Assembly: GCA_034530875.2 (NCBI GenBank)
Contig: JAVRCJ020000018.1
Location: 32,001-96,000, forward strand
Direction of reading: 5' to 3'
DNA from: Nostoc sp. DedSLP01
GTDB taxonomy: Bacteria; Cyanobacteriota; Cyanobacteriia; Cyanobacteriales; Nostocaceae
Length of the DNA: 64,000 nt
Made by a program: the position numbers and the translations under genes. The notes beneath the pieces are model-generated. The model saw only the letters and a program-made list of their open reading frames with translations. It was not told the DNA's origin and made no database searches. Positions 9,757 to 19,621 of this stretch are shown in pieces. The number at the start of each line of letters is the position of its first letter. Position 1 is the stretch's first letter.

Positions 9757-11920
9757 TATAGACTTTTCATTTGCAGATTTAATTGCTGGGTATGTTACTG
9801 CTTTTGACTCCAGTAAGGGAGATTCAGGTACTTTCGATCTCAAAACGTCAGATGGCAGAAAATTTGAAGTAGCATTGACCTCAATGACTTATGCTGAGCT
9901 AGTACGCAATTTAGATGAGCCTTTCTTTGATTGCACTAGCCAAATAAATTCAATGCTCGTTCCAAATTGCTATCTTTTCGCTTATGGCATTTTTTATCCT
10001 GAAGCAGGCGAACAGAAATTTGAAGCTAAACACATAGTTTTTCTCGGTAGAACAGAAAACGAGTATCTTTTTGAAAGACCAGATTGGTGGGTCAAGCAGA
10101 TACGAAGCCTTGGTAATTTTTACCTCAAAGCCCAGTTTGAAGATGGCGAAATTGATTATCGAAAATATCGCACTGGTATCGGTTTAGTTGGTTCTAAAGA
10201 AGATAGCACTCGTCAGGAAACGGACACGATTTCTCGTCTAGTTTACGGTTTTGCCACAGCCTACATGATGACTGGGGACGATCGCTATCTTGAAGCTGCC
10301 GAAAAAGGCACTGAATATCTCCGCCAACACATGCGCTTTCTAGATGAAGGCGAAGGGATTTGCTATTGGTATCATGCTGTTGATGTCAAACCAGATGGCA
10401 GCGAACAGAAAATATTCTCCTCAGAATTTGGGGATGATTATGACGCTATTCCAGCTTACGAGCAAATTTATGCCCTGGCAGGCCCCACCCAAACCTATCG
10501 GATAACAGGCGATCCACGCATCATCAAAGATATCGAGTTGACGATTAATCTGTTTGACAAGTATTTCTTGGATAAGACAGAGAAAGGAGGATTTTTCTCT
10601 CACATCGATCCGATTACTCTCAGCCCCCACTCCCAGACTCTAGGCCACAATCGCGCCAAGAAGAATTGGAACTCCGTAGGTGACCATGCCCCGGCTTATT
10701 TGATCAATCTTTGGCTAGCTACCGGCAAAGAAGAATACGCCAATTTCCTGGAGTACACCTTCGACACCATTGAAAAGCGGTTCCCAGATTATGACCGTAG
10801 CCCATTCGTTCAAGAACGTTTTTATGAGGACTGGACTCACGATACAACTTGGGGATGGCAGCAGAATCGAGCAGTTGTAGGCCATAACCTAAAAATTGCT
10901 TGGAACTTAATGCGGATGAACCACCTGAAACCAAAAGAAAACTATGTGACTCTGGCAGAAAAGATTGCAGAAATCATGCCAGCAGTCGGTAGCGACCAAC
11001 AGCGTGGGGGGTGGTACGATGTCGTGGAACGCACTTTAAAACCAGGGCAAGAGGTACACCGTTTTGTCTGGCATAACCGCAAAGCTTGGTGGCAGCAGGA
11101 ACAAGCTATCTTAGCCTACCTGATCCTCAACGGTTCCCTCGATCGACCTGAGTATCAACGCCAAGCCCGCCAAGCAGCAGCTTTCTATAATGCTTGGTTC
11201 CTTGATTACCTTGCTGGGGGTATCTACTTTAATGTTCTGGCAAATGGGATTCCTTACTTATTAGGAACGGAACGAGGCAAGGGCAGCCACTCTATGAGCG
11301 GTTACCACTCGTTTGAATTGGCGTACTTAGCTTGCGTTTATACGAATCTGCTGATTACTAAACAGCCAATGGATTTGTACTTTAAACCAAAGCCAGGCGG
11401 CTTTAAAGACAACATCCTCCGAGTTGCACCAGATATCTTACCACCGGGCAGCGTGCGGATTGGGGATGTCTGGATCGATGGCCAAAAGTATGCAGATTTT
11501 GATGCTGTAAACTTAACAGTCAAACTGCCAGTTACTCAAGACGATCTCAAAGTGAGAGTCAGACTGCTTCCGACTCAAGTATCTTTCGATGCCACCGTGT
11601 TAGAAGTCAGTAATGGTATTGCCAAAATCTCCTTAACTGGGTTATTGGATGCTAATGGTGTAGTACATTTTCAAGAAGCGATCGCTAAAGCTACAGCACA
11701 GCCAATCAATCGTTTAGTCTTACTACTACAAGACCTAGAATGTATTACTACTGCTGGCCTCCGGTCTCTGATTTTTGCTAAACAAAAACTGGGTTCTGAT
11801 GTTGAACTCTACATAGTTGGCGCACCGGAGAACGTAAAACAATTCCTGATGACGAGTGCATTTTGCAACAGTGTCACCGTTTTAGATGAGTACGAAACTG
11901 TTGAGCTAGCAAGTGTCTAA
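9749..11920 (+). CDS. AGE-family epimerase/isomerase with C-terminal STAS domain
   Basis: SRLVYGFA, GHNLKIAW, KAWWQQEQ, GYHSFE resemble the AGE barrel; last ~110 aa (ISLTGLLDA...CITTAGLRSL) are STAS-like. ATG at 9749 follows AGGAG. Confidence 0.8.
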   Translation: MSNIDFSFADLIAGYVTAFDSSKGDSGTFDLKTSDGRKFEVALTSMTYAELVRNLDEPFFDCTSQINSMLVPNCYLFAYGIFYPEAGEQKFEAKHIVFLGRTENEYLFERPDWWVKQIRSLGNFYLKAQFEDGEIDYRKYRTGIGLVGSKEDSTRQETDTISRLVYGFATAYMMTGDDRYLEAAEKGTEYLRQHMRFLDEGEGICYWYHAVDVKPDGSEQKIFSSEFGDDYDAIPAYEQIYALAGPTQTYRITGDPRIIKDIELTINLFDKYFLDKTEKGGFFSHIDPITLSPHSQTLGHNRAKKNWNSVGDHAPAYLINLWLATGKEEYANFLEYTFDTIEKRFPDYDRSPFVQERFYEDWTHDTTWGWQQNRAVVGHNLKIAWNLMRMNHLKPKENYVTLAEKIAEIMPAVGSDQQRGGWYDVVERTLKPGQEVHRFVWHNRKAWWQQEQAILAYLILNGSLDRPEYQRQARQAAAFYNAWFLDYLAGGIYFNVLANGIPYLLGTERGKGSHSMSGYHSFELAYLACVYTNLLITKQPMDLYFKPKPGGFKDNILRVAPDILPPGSVRIGDVWIDGQKYADFDAVNLTVKLPVTQDDLKVRVRLLPTQVSFDATVLEVSNGIAKISLTGLLDANGVVHFQEAIAKATAQPINRLVLLLQDLECITTAGLRSLIFAKQKLGSDVELYIVGAPENVKQFLMTSAFCNSVTVLDEYETVELASV

Positions 11921-12221
11921 GTTCCGCTAAAAGACATTTGAGTAGTCCTAATTAGATAAGAGATAAATAGTTCCAACAAAGGAACTGCGGTTTATCCAAA
12001 TCTATTAGGACTATGCTTAATACACTTGAGTTAATAATCATATACCTTTACCAAAATAAAAGCCTAAAAAAATTTGGGCAAAACTGGCAAAATATCCCAT
12101 ATATGAGCATTATTAATCCTAAAATTATTTTGTTAAGTTATTTAACAGTTTAAATAATTCATGTTGCTAGCGATGAAAAGAAACTAGAGACTCACAAGTT
12201 ACTTCAATTAATAGTGAGTCT

Positions 12222-12908
12222 TTGTTGACAATAAACGAGACTGAAATAATGGATTCTAATCACTTATTAAATGGCACTGACTCTCATAAAGTTAACATCG
12301 CTATTAATACGGGAATACTAACAAATTTTGAACATTTCTTGCTTCAGTCCCAACCATTGCTAAACCATGTTTTTCGATTTATTGAGACAAATTATCATAA
12401 TTCAATTAGTCTTAGAGAGGTGGCTGAGGCGGTCAATCGGTCTCCTGCCTATCTCACCGACCTTGTACGGAGAGAGACTGGAAAAACGGTGCTCTGTTGG
12501 ATTGTTGAGCGTCGGATGCTAGAAGCACGCCGTCTACTTCTAGAAACAGACCAGTCAGTCGAGCAGATTGCCGAAGCAGTAGGATATTTAGACAGACGCC
12601 ATTTCGGTCGCCAGTTTCTCCGGCTTCACAATACAACCCCGCAAACATGGCGAAGGTCGCATCTGAGTAAGAGCATCCCATGTTGGCAAAGAGTCTCACA
12701 AAAAGCAAGCTTAAGCGAATTAATCAATGAGGAATCCACAACTGTGACTTTTGCAGAAGCTCAACGTTTGCAAGTCTGTATCCAAGAGATTGCTGCAATT
12801 TTTAATAAGAGTACTACTCCCGATCAAGTACTTGTATTAAAAAGCGAAAATGGTTCTCTTGCAAAAATAGACAATGGTTCGATACAAATAACCTTAGTAT
12901 CAACTTGA
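12222..12908 (+). CDS. AraC-family transcriptional regulator (HTH only, C-terminal extension)
   Basis: SLREVAEAVNRSPAYLT and SVEQIAEAVGYLDRRHFGRQF; start may be ATG 12249. Confidence 0.88.
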   Translation: MLTINETEIMDSNHLLNGTDSHKVNIAINTGILTNFEHFLLQSQPLLNHVFRFIETNYHNSISLREVAEAVNRSPAYLTDLVRRETGKTVLCWIVERRMLEARRLLLETDQSVEQIAEAVGYLDRRHFGRQFLRLHNTTPQTWRRSHLSKSIPCWQRVSQKASLSELINEESTTVTFAEAQRLQVCIQEIAAIFNKSTTPDQVLVLKSENGSLAKIDNGSIQITLVST

Positions 12909-13198
12909 GAGTAGTCTTTTATATACTAGGCTTCCTCCATAAATGCTTAAATTGTCATCTTGAGCGGAGTGAAACATCTGGTGAAATTCCTCTCTCCCCT
13001 ACGTTCCGCTCAAAATGACATTTCTGATTTTTTGACTTTTGCAAGAGACTCTACGAGTTGGGTTCACAAGGAACAATGAAAACGATCTTGGAACTATTTT
13101 GCGTGCTTTCAGCCTCTATTTTTAAGGCAGGTCTACTGAGAAAAACTCAATATGACTAGCTAAATAATTACAAACATTATTCCTAGAAAGGAGCTATT

Positions 13199-14860
13199 TT
13201 GGTTAATCCCGTACTACTTACTGTTGATGATGACCCCGGAGTTCTACGAGTAATAGAGCGAGATCTCCGACAAGAGTATGGCGATCGCTTTCGGGTATTA
13301 CGAGCCGATTCAGGTGCGAATGCTTTGAGAGTATTGCAACAAGTAAAATTACGTAACGAGACAGTTGCGCTCTGTGTGGTAGACCAGCGGATGCCACAAA
13401 TGTCGGGCGTGCAGTTCCTCGAACAGGCGATGCAAATTTTCCCGTCTGCAAAACGAGTTTTACTAACAGCTTATGCAGACACTGATGCTGCTATTTCTGC
13501 GATCAATACAGCAAAGATTGATTATTATCTTCTCAAACCTTGGGAGCCGCCACAAGATCTTCTGTATCCAGTTCTGAGCGATTTATTAGACGATTGGGTT
13601 TCTTCATACCGCCCACCCTTTGAAGGTATCCGCGTTATTGGCTCCCGTTGGTCGCCTAAGAGTCATCATATTAAGGACTTCTTAGCGCGTAACTATATGC
13701 CTTATCAGTGGTTGGACATTGAGATAGAAGAAGAAGCCCGTCAGTGGGTTAGTTATGCTCAGTGTAATACCGCACATTTGCCACTACTAGTTTGCCCTGA
13801 CGGTTCCTATCTCAAACAGCCAACCCACGCCGAAATTGCTGAGAAAATCGGGTTGAAGACGCAGCCTCAAATGCCCTTTTACGATTTGGTAATCGTCGGG
13901 GGCGGGCCAGCTGGTTTGGCAGCAGCAGTTTATGGAGCTTCTGAAGGTCTACGTACAGTATTGATTGAAAAAGAAGCTCCAGGGGGGCAAGCCGGAACGA
14001 GTTCCCGGATCGAGAACTATTTAGGCTTTCCCCAAGGAATTGCTGGATCGGAATTAGCTCGCCGCGCCGTTACTCAAGCTAAACGATTTGGGGTAGAGAT
14101 TCTCTCGCCTCAAGAGGTAATTGGCATTCGCTTGCAAGATTCTTATCGCATTATCAAGCTCAAAGATGGGACAGAATTAAGCTGTTACGCATTGTTGATT
14201 GCCACAGGTGTCTCATATCGCAAACTCGATCTACCTGGCATTGAGAATTTGACTGGAGCCGGTATATATTACGGTGCAGCAATGACCGAAGCCCTCTCCT
14301 GCCAAAACGAAGATGTTTATGTAGTTGGCGGAGCTAACTCAGCTGGGCAAGCTGCGGTGTACATTTCTAAGTATGCTCGCCATGTGACTATGTTGGTACG
14401 CGGTGACTCACTGGCTACAAGTATGTCAAAGTACTTGATAGACCGAATCTTAGCAACAGACAATATTAGCGTTAGGTTTCATTCTCACATTGTCGAGGTT
14501 CGCGGCCAGACTAACCTAGAGGCAATTACGATCGCTAACACTAAAACCCAACAACAGGAAACCATTCCCACAAAGCTGCTGTTCATTTTAATTGGTGCAA
14601 AGCCACATACTGATTGGCTGGGTGGGATTGTGGAGAGAGACGAACAAGGATTTATCTTAACCGGGCCAAGCTTGATACCCAATAAACAATGTTCAAAAGC
14701 ATGGAAACTCGATCGCCAACCCTTCCTGCTGGAATCGAGCGTACCAGGCATATTTGTGGCTGGAGATGTACGTAACGGCTCAGTGAAGCGAGTTGCTTCC
14801 GGCGTTGGTGAGGGTGCGATCGCTATTCAGTTCATCCATCAATATCTAAGTAAGGTGTAA
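13199..14860 (+). CDS. Receiver domain fused to thioredoxin-reductase-like FAD oxidoreductase
   Basis: N-terminal VDDD/DQRMP/KPW receiver motifs; GGGPAG, GGANSAG, GIFVAGD flavoprotein motifs. Confidence 0.9.
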   Translation: MVNPVLLTVDDDPGVLRVIERDLRQEYGDRFRVLRADSGANALRVLQQVKLRNETVALCVVDQRMPQMSGVQFLEQAMQIFPSAKRVLLTAYADTDAAISAINTAKIDYYLLKPWEPPQDLLYPVLSDLLDDWVSSYRPPFEGIRVIGSRWSPKSHHIKDFLARNYMPYQWLDIEIEEEARQWVSYAQCNTAHLPLLVCPDGSYLKQPTHAEIAEKIGLKTQPQMPFYDLVIVGGGPAGLAAAVYGASEGLRTVLIEKEAPGGQAGTSSRIENYLGFPQGIAGSELARRAVTQAKRFGVEILSPQEVIGIRLQDSYRIIKLKDGTELSCYALLIATGVSYRKLDLPGIENLTGAGIYYGAAMTEALSCQNEDVYVVGGANSAGQAAVYISKYARHVTMLVRGDSLATSMSKYLIDRILATDNISVRFHSHIVEVRGQTNLEAITIANTKTQQQETIPTKLLFILIGAKPHTDWLGGIVERDEQGFILTGPSLIPNKQCSKAWKLDRQPFLLESSVPGIFVAGDVRNGSVKRVASGVGEGAIAIQFIHQYLSKV

Positions 14861-14862
14861 TT

Positions 14863-16323
14863 ATGTTAGATGCTTTGCGCCAAGTGTCACTTTTTGCACA
14901 ATTGACAAATGAGCAATTCCAATGGTTGTCTGACCACGGGCATGAACTATGGCTGGTTCCAGGAGAATATATAGCCCTTGAGGGAGAACCAATAGAGAAT
15001 TTCTACGTGCTGATAGAAGGCGAGATTGAGTTTAGAAAACAGGTCGGCAATGTAGAAAGACACATAATGAGTTTTGGCCCTGGAACATATACAGGTCACG
15101 AGCTGATTCTATTAGATGTTCCTCACTATCTTGTGAACGTGCGGGCTGTGAAACCAACTTATATGTTGAAATGGGACACAGATACTTTCTGGAAAATGCT
15201 GACAACCTGTCCGTCGATTACACGCGATCTGTTAATCATCACGGCGCAACGGGTGCAAATTTTGGAATCTATGTCACAGCACCACCAAAAGCTAATTGCA
15301 CTCGGTACTTTAGCAGCTGGTTTAGCCCATGAGTTAAACAACCCAGCAACAGCTGCGATCCGAGCTGCAAAGCACTTGCACAAAATCTTTCAACAATTGC
15401 CATATCTGGGACTCAAACTCAATTACAGGCAGATGACAAAAGAACAACTGCTGTTTCTTGACAATTTGCTGCACAGAGTAATTGCACGTGCCGAAACACC
15501 CTGCGACTTAGAAGATTTACTAGCGCAGAGCGATCGCGAGCAAGAGGTGACAGACTGGCTGGATTTACACAACGTGCCTGACGGCTGGAAAATTGTTTCT
15601 TCCTTAGTCCGGGGAGGACTGGATACTCAATCCCTGGATACCATTGCCGAACATTTATCTCCAGAATCACTTGCTGAAGTTCTAGCTTGGATCGAGGCGA
15701 CACTCACAGGAATTGAGCTACTCGACGAAATTGACCAAAGTTCGGGGCGCATTTCGGAACTGGTCAAAGCTATTAAAGAGTACTCGTATATGGATCGAGC
15801 TCCCATACAGGAGGTGGATATACACCAGGGACTTGAAAGTACGCTGACTATTCTCGGTCATAAGCTCAAGGGTGGCATTACTCTAATACGCAATTACGAC
15901 CAAAACCTACCACTAATCTCGGTCTATGGTAGCGAACTCAACCAGGTATGGACGAACCTGATTGACAATGCGATCGATGCAATGAACGGACAAGGACAGA
16001 TCGCGATCCGCACAGCACGAGAAAATAACTGCGTGCTAGTAGAAATTGCCAACAATGGCCCAGCCATTCCGCCAGAAATCCAAGAGCGAATATTCGAGCC
16101 GTTCTTTACTACTAAAGGTGTGGGTCAGGGAACAGGTTTAGGTTTAGTCATTAGTTACCGAATTGTTGAAAAGCATAAAGGCGAGATCCGCGTGTTTTCC
16201 GAACCAGGAAACACCCATTTTCAGGTCATTTTGCCCATATCTTTGGCCGAAGTAACATCTGAATGCCATCAATACCAATTTATACCGCCCGATCGTACAA
16301 CTATGCAATTTGTACACAGTTGA
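14863..16323 (+). CDS. cNMP-binding-domain sensor histidine kinase
   Basis: EGEPIENFYVLIEGEI (cNMP-like), AHELNNP, NLIDNAID, PFFTTKGVGQGTGLGL. Confidence 0.9.
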   Translation: MLDALRQVSLFAQLTNEQFQWLSDHGHELWLVPGEYIALEGEPIENFYVLIEGEIEFRKQVGNVERHIMSFGPGTYTGHELILLDVPHYLVNVRAVKPTYMLKWDTDTFWKMLTTCPSITRDLLIITAQRVQILESMSQHHQKLIALGTLAAGLAHELNNPATAAIRAAKHLHKIFQQLPYLGLKLNYRQMTKEQLLFLDNLLHRVIARAETPCDLEDLLAQSDREQEVTDWLDLHNVPDGWKIVSSLVRGGLDTQSLDTIAEHLSPESLAEVLAWIEATLTGIELLDEIDQSSGRISELVKAIKEYSYMDRAPIQEVDIHQGLESTLTILGHKLKGGITLIRNYDQNLPLISVYGSELNQVWTNLIDNAIDAMNGQGQIAIRTARENNCVLVEIANNGPAIPPEIQERIFEPFFTTKGVGQGTGLGLVISYRIVEKHKGEIRVFSEPGNTHFQVILPISLAEVTSECHQYQFIPPDRTTMQFVHS

Positions 16324-16339
16324 TTAAGGAGTGTGTGGG

Positions 16340-17515
16340 ATGAAGAAATGGTTAAAATCTCCTGAGTTACGTATTACCGAAGGTAAGGAAGAAGAACGGC
16401 ACGCAACGTGGTTAGAACTCTTTTTCGATCTATTTTTCGTAGTTGCAATTTCGGAGCTTGCTCACAATCTTAATCGGGATGTCTCACTATCAGGCTTCCT
16501 TAGCTTTCTACTGCTCTTTGTGTCGGTTTGGTGGTCTTGGATTGGCGTTACATACTACGCCAATCTCTTTGATACTGATGATTTGGTACACCGACTCTTA
16601 ACCGCTTTACAAATGCTTGCAGTGGCGGCGCTAGCAGTAAACGTACACGACGGGATGGATAAAAGTTCAGTTGGTTTCGCGCTTTCCTATGCTGTTGTTC
16701 GGGTGTTGCTTGTCCTGGAGTTTTTACGGGCTGGAAAGCATGTAGTTGCAGCACGTCCATTAACGACCCGAATCGCGAGTGGTACTGGACTTGGGGCATT
16801 GGTTTGGCTGGTGTCGGCATTTCTACCAATGCCACTGCGATTTGGGTTTTGGATCTTAGCCCTGACAGTAGAATTTGCAATAGTATTGACAGCAGGAAAG
16901 TCTGTGCATGTGGAATTAGCTCCCCACGCTTCACACTTGCCCGAACGTTTTGGCTTATTTACCTTAATTGTGCTAGGCGAGACAGTCTTAGCAGTAGTTA
17001 ATGCTATTGCACAACAGGAGTGGAATTTCTCATCAGCATATACTGCAATGTTCGGTTTAAGTATTGCTTTTAGTTTGTGGTGGCTGTATTTTGATAACCT
17101 TGGTGGCTCAGCAATCCAAGCGGCTCGTGCGTGCCGCCACATAGGAGCTTATCAGACTTGGGTTTACATGCACTTACCCTTGGTAATTGGTATTACTGCT
17201 GCCGGAGTTGGGGTGGAACACGCCCTAGCAAGTGATACAGGTCTGGTGCTGGCATCTTCTGAGCGCTGGCTTATTTGCGCTAGCTTGGCGCTGTGCTTCT
17301 TTACTCTGGGAATCATTTATCTTACTGGTGTAACCACTGACACCAGACTACGCTGCAAAGTCCGAGCCGCATATCGGTTTGTGGCGGTAGCTGTGATTAT
17401 AATTCTCGGTGTAGCTGGCACAGGTTTGTCAGCTATGGAATTGATTGGGCTTATAGCAGTGGTTGGTGCTGTTCAAATTATCCTCGATCTGCGTCAGGTT
17501 AATAGTTTTTTATGA
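16340..17515 (+). CDS. ltrA: Low temperature requirement protein A (LtrA) family membrane protein
   Basis: ATWLELFFDLFFVVA and HLPERFGLFTLIVLGE signatures. Confidence 0.85.
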   Translation: MKKWLKSPELRITEGKEEERHATWLELFFDLFFVVAISELAHNLNRDVSLSGFLSFLLLFVSVWWSWIGVTYYANLFDTDDLVHRLLTALQMLAVAALAVNVHDGMDKSSVGFALSYAVVRVLLVLEFLRAGKHVVAARPLTTRIASGTGLGALVWLVSAFLPMPLRFGFWILALTVEFAIVLTAGKSVHVELAPHASHLPERFGLFTLIVLGETVLAVVNAIAQQEWNFSSAYTAMFGLSIAFSLWWLYFDNLGGSAIQAARACRHIGAYQTWVYMHLPLVIGITAAGVGVEHALASDTGLVLASSERWLICASLALCFFTLGIIYLTGVTTDTRLRCKVRAAYRFVAVAVIIILGVAGTGLSAMELIGLIAVVGAVQIILDLRQVNSFL

Positions 17516-17622
17516 ACCTATCCCACTAAATTCCAGGTTTGTGCCACCGTTGATTAGATACGATCGCAGCTCCAAATGTAGCAATACCCGCCCCTGTTAC
17601 CGCAAAAACAATTGTCAGAGCC

Positions 17623-17751
17623 ATCTTTGATGCATAGATTGGCAAAAAGATTAAGGGACGCTAACAGCATATACTCGCAGACACTTTGGGTTTACTGGTA
17701 GTTGTGGTGATTACTGCTGCTGATACCAGCGAACAAGCAGGAGGCAATCAG
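17623..17751 (+). pseudogene. IS5-family transposase remnant
   Basis: Frame reads IFDA*IGKKIKGR*QHILADTLGLLVVVVITAADTSEQAG, matching the IS5 GKKIKGRKRHI.VDTLG motif, with two in-frame stops. Confidence 0.8.
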
Positions 17752-18107
17752 TATGTCCGTTCGTTCTACAAAGTCCCAGGAGCGATATACTCAATTGCAA
17801 CAGAGGCTACAAGCAGCGTTACAATGATTGTGCTCCCAGGCTTGACAAGAGAGCAACTATACCTAAACGAGAAAAAGCGATCGCCACACCTATTACTTAA
17901 ATAATATATATAAGTTTTTTGATATTTTTTGTTATTTGAATTTCAGATAATCACCTCAATGATTACTAAATGTTAATCCAATATTTACAGCTTTTTAACC
18001 TCTTTTTATACAACCACAGCTAAATTGCGATCGTTAAAAGTTTTGCTGAATTTCTGGAACTTTAACAGAAACAATTGCAGGTTGTTCAAACAAATAAATA
18101 GTAACAA

Positions 18108-18956
18108 ATGAAGAAGTCTCATTTTTTCAGGGCTATTCTATCTATTGCTGTGCCAGCGGCAATATCTTTCACTCTGCTTAATTATCTACAAAAGCCACTA
18201 ACAGCCCAAACCTCAAACGTTCATTTAACGATGGGTAATCCCAGTAATGCTGGGAGTAGTTACAGTAATCTTTTATTAAGCAAATCTCAATATGCGGTTT
18301 CCTATAACTGCTACAGAGGAACGCCAAATTGGGTAAGTTGGCAGTTAAACCCATCATGGTTAGGAAGTGCGCCTCGCCAAGATGATTTTCGCGCAGATAC
18401 TACATTACCTTCAGGCTGCTATCGAGTAAGTGGTACTGATTATAGTGGTAGTGGCTTTGACCGCGGTCACATGACTCCCTCCGCAGATAGAACAAATACC
18501 ATCGCCAATAACTCAGCCACATTTTTAATGACAAATATGATCCCCCAAGCACCCGATAATAATCAGGGACTATGGGCAAATTTGGAAAATTATTGTAGAG
18601 ATTTGGTGGTCAATCAAGGGAAAGAACTCTACATTATTTCTGGTTCTTATGGCACTGGTGGAACAGGGTCAAATGGAACCAAAAATACCATCGCTAATGG
18701 TAATGTTACAGTCCCAGACAGAATTTGGAAGGTGATTTTAGTCTTAAATAGACCAAATAATGGAGCTAGTAGTGTAACTGATAGCACAAGAGTAATTGCT
18801 ATAGATACACCTAACGATCAAGGTGTTAGATATGCTGATTGGAGAAATTACAGAGTTAGTGTTGACAACATCGAAGGGCAAACAGGTTACAATTTGCTCT
18901 CTAATGTCTCTTCAACTGTTCAAAGTAAAATTGAGGCCAAAGTTGATAGTTTGTAA
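18108..18956 (+). CDS. nucA: Sugar non-specific DNA/RNA endonuclease NucA
   Basis: Signal-peptide-like N terminus; DRGHMTPSAD and ATFLMTNMIPQ motifs. Confidence 0.92.
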   Translation: MKKSHFFRAILSIAVPAAISFTLLNYLQKPLTAQTSNVHLTMGNPSNAGSSYSNLLLSKSQYAVSYNCYRGTPNWVSWQLNPSWLGSAPRQDDFRADTTLPSGCYRVSGTDYSGSGFDRGHMTPSADRTNTIANNSATFLMTNMIPQAPDNNQGLWANLENYCRDLVVNQGKELYIISGSYGTGGTGSNGTKNTIANGNVTVPDRIWKVILVLNRPNNGASSVTDSTRVIAIDTPNDQGVRYADWRNYRVSVDNIEGQTGYNLLSNVSSTVQSKIEAKVDSL

Positions 18957-18976
18957 AATTTATTAGTTGAAACTAA

Positions 18977-19002
18977 AGCCTGTCTATATCTGTAGACAGG
19001 CT
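18977..19002. terminator. Hairpin between convergent nucA and nuiA
   Basis: AGCCTGTCTA-N6-TAGACAGGCT. Confidence 0.6.
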
Positions 19003-19015
19003 AGTGATTTTTTTA

Positions 19016-19417
19016 TTATGTTTCGACAACTTTTGTTGAAATTCCAGCTAAATCACCAGATATAGTTTTACCGACAATATAGACATCAATACTGACTGTA
19101 CCCAATCGATAAACTTTAATATCAATCAGATTATCTTTTAATATTTGTATAAGCGATCGAAACTTTTGAACATTTTGTTTCTGGGTTTCATCGTGCCAAT
19201 CTTTTTCTTCAGCATAATTCCGAAAGAAATAATCTAAGTCTACTGTTTCAATTGGCGTATCTTGAGAATGACTTGTTAACTGGAGGAGTTTTTGATTTGC
19301 CAAAGATTCTTCACCTTGACCAGACCAGAAAAAAACTTGAAAGGGAGAATCTGACTCACTCACCATTAGCAAATCATCAGAAGCTTGCTTGAGATTTTCA
19401 GTAATCTTGCTACTCAT
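19016..19417 (-). CDS. nuiA: Nuclease A inhibitor NuiA
   Basis: LLMVSESDSPF and C-terminal GISTKVVET; adjacent to nucA. Confidence 0.92.
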   Translation of the reverse strand: MSSKITENLKQASDDLLMVSESDSPFQVFFWSGQGEESLANQKLLQLTSHSQDTPIETVDLDYFFRNYAEEKDWHDETQKQNVQKFRSLIQILKDNLIDIKVYRLGTVSIDVYIVGKTISGDLAGISTKVVET

Positions 19418-19621
19418 AAACTGTTCTTAGAGGAGATATTTTTTATCGCGTTGACAGTTAATTATTAACTGTCAACTGTCAACAATCCTATTATAATGAA
19501 GATGTATTTTAGCTTGGAAACACTGGGTTTTGAGCTTACGGATCGCGGAATTAAGATTGAGTTGGGTAGGCCAGCCTTGAGGAAGATTGCTTGAATTATA
19601 TCCCCTATCTCTCAACTTTTG

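Noticed and set aside
17686..17904. 72-aa ORF as an intact gene
   Set aside because: The first part is the IS5 remnant frame and the rest is unrecognisable.
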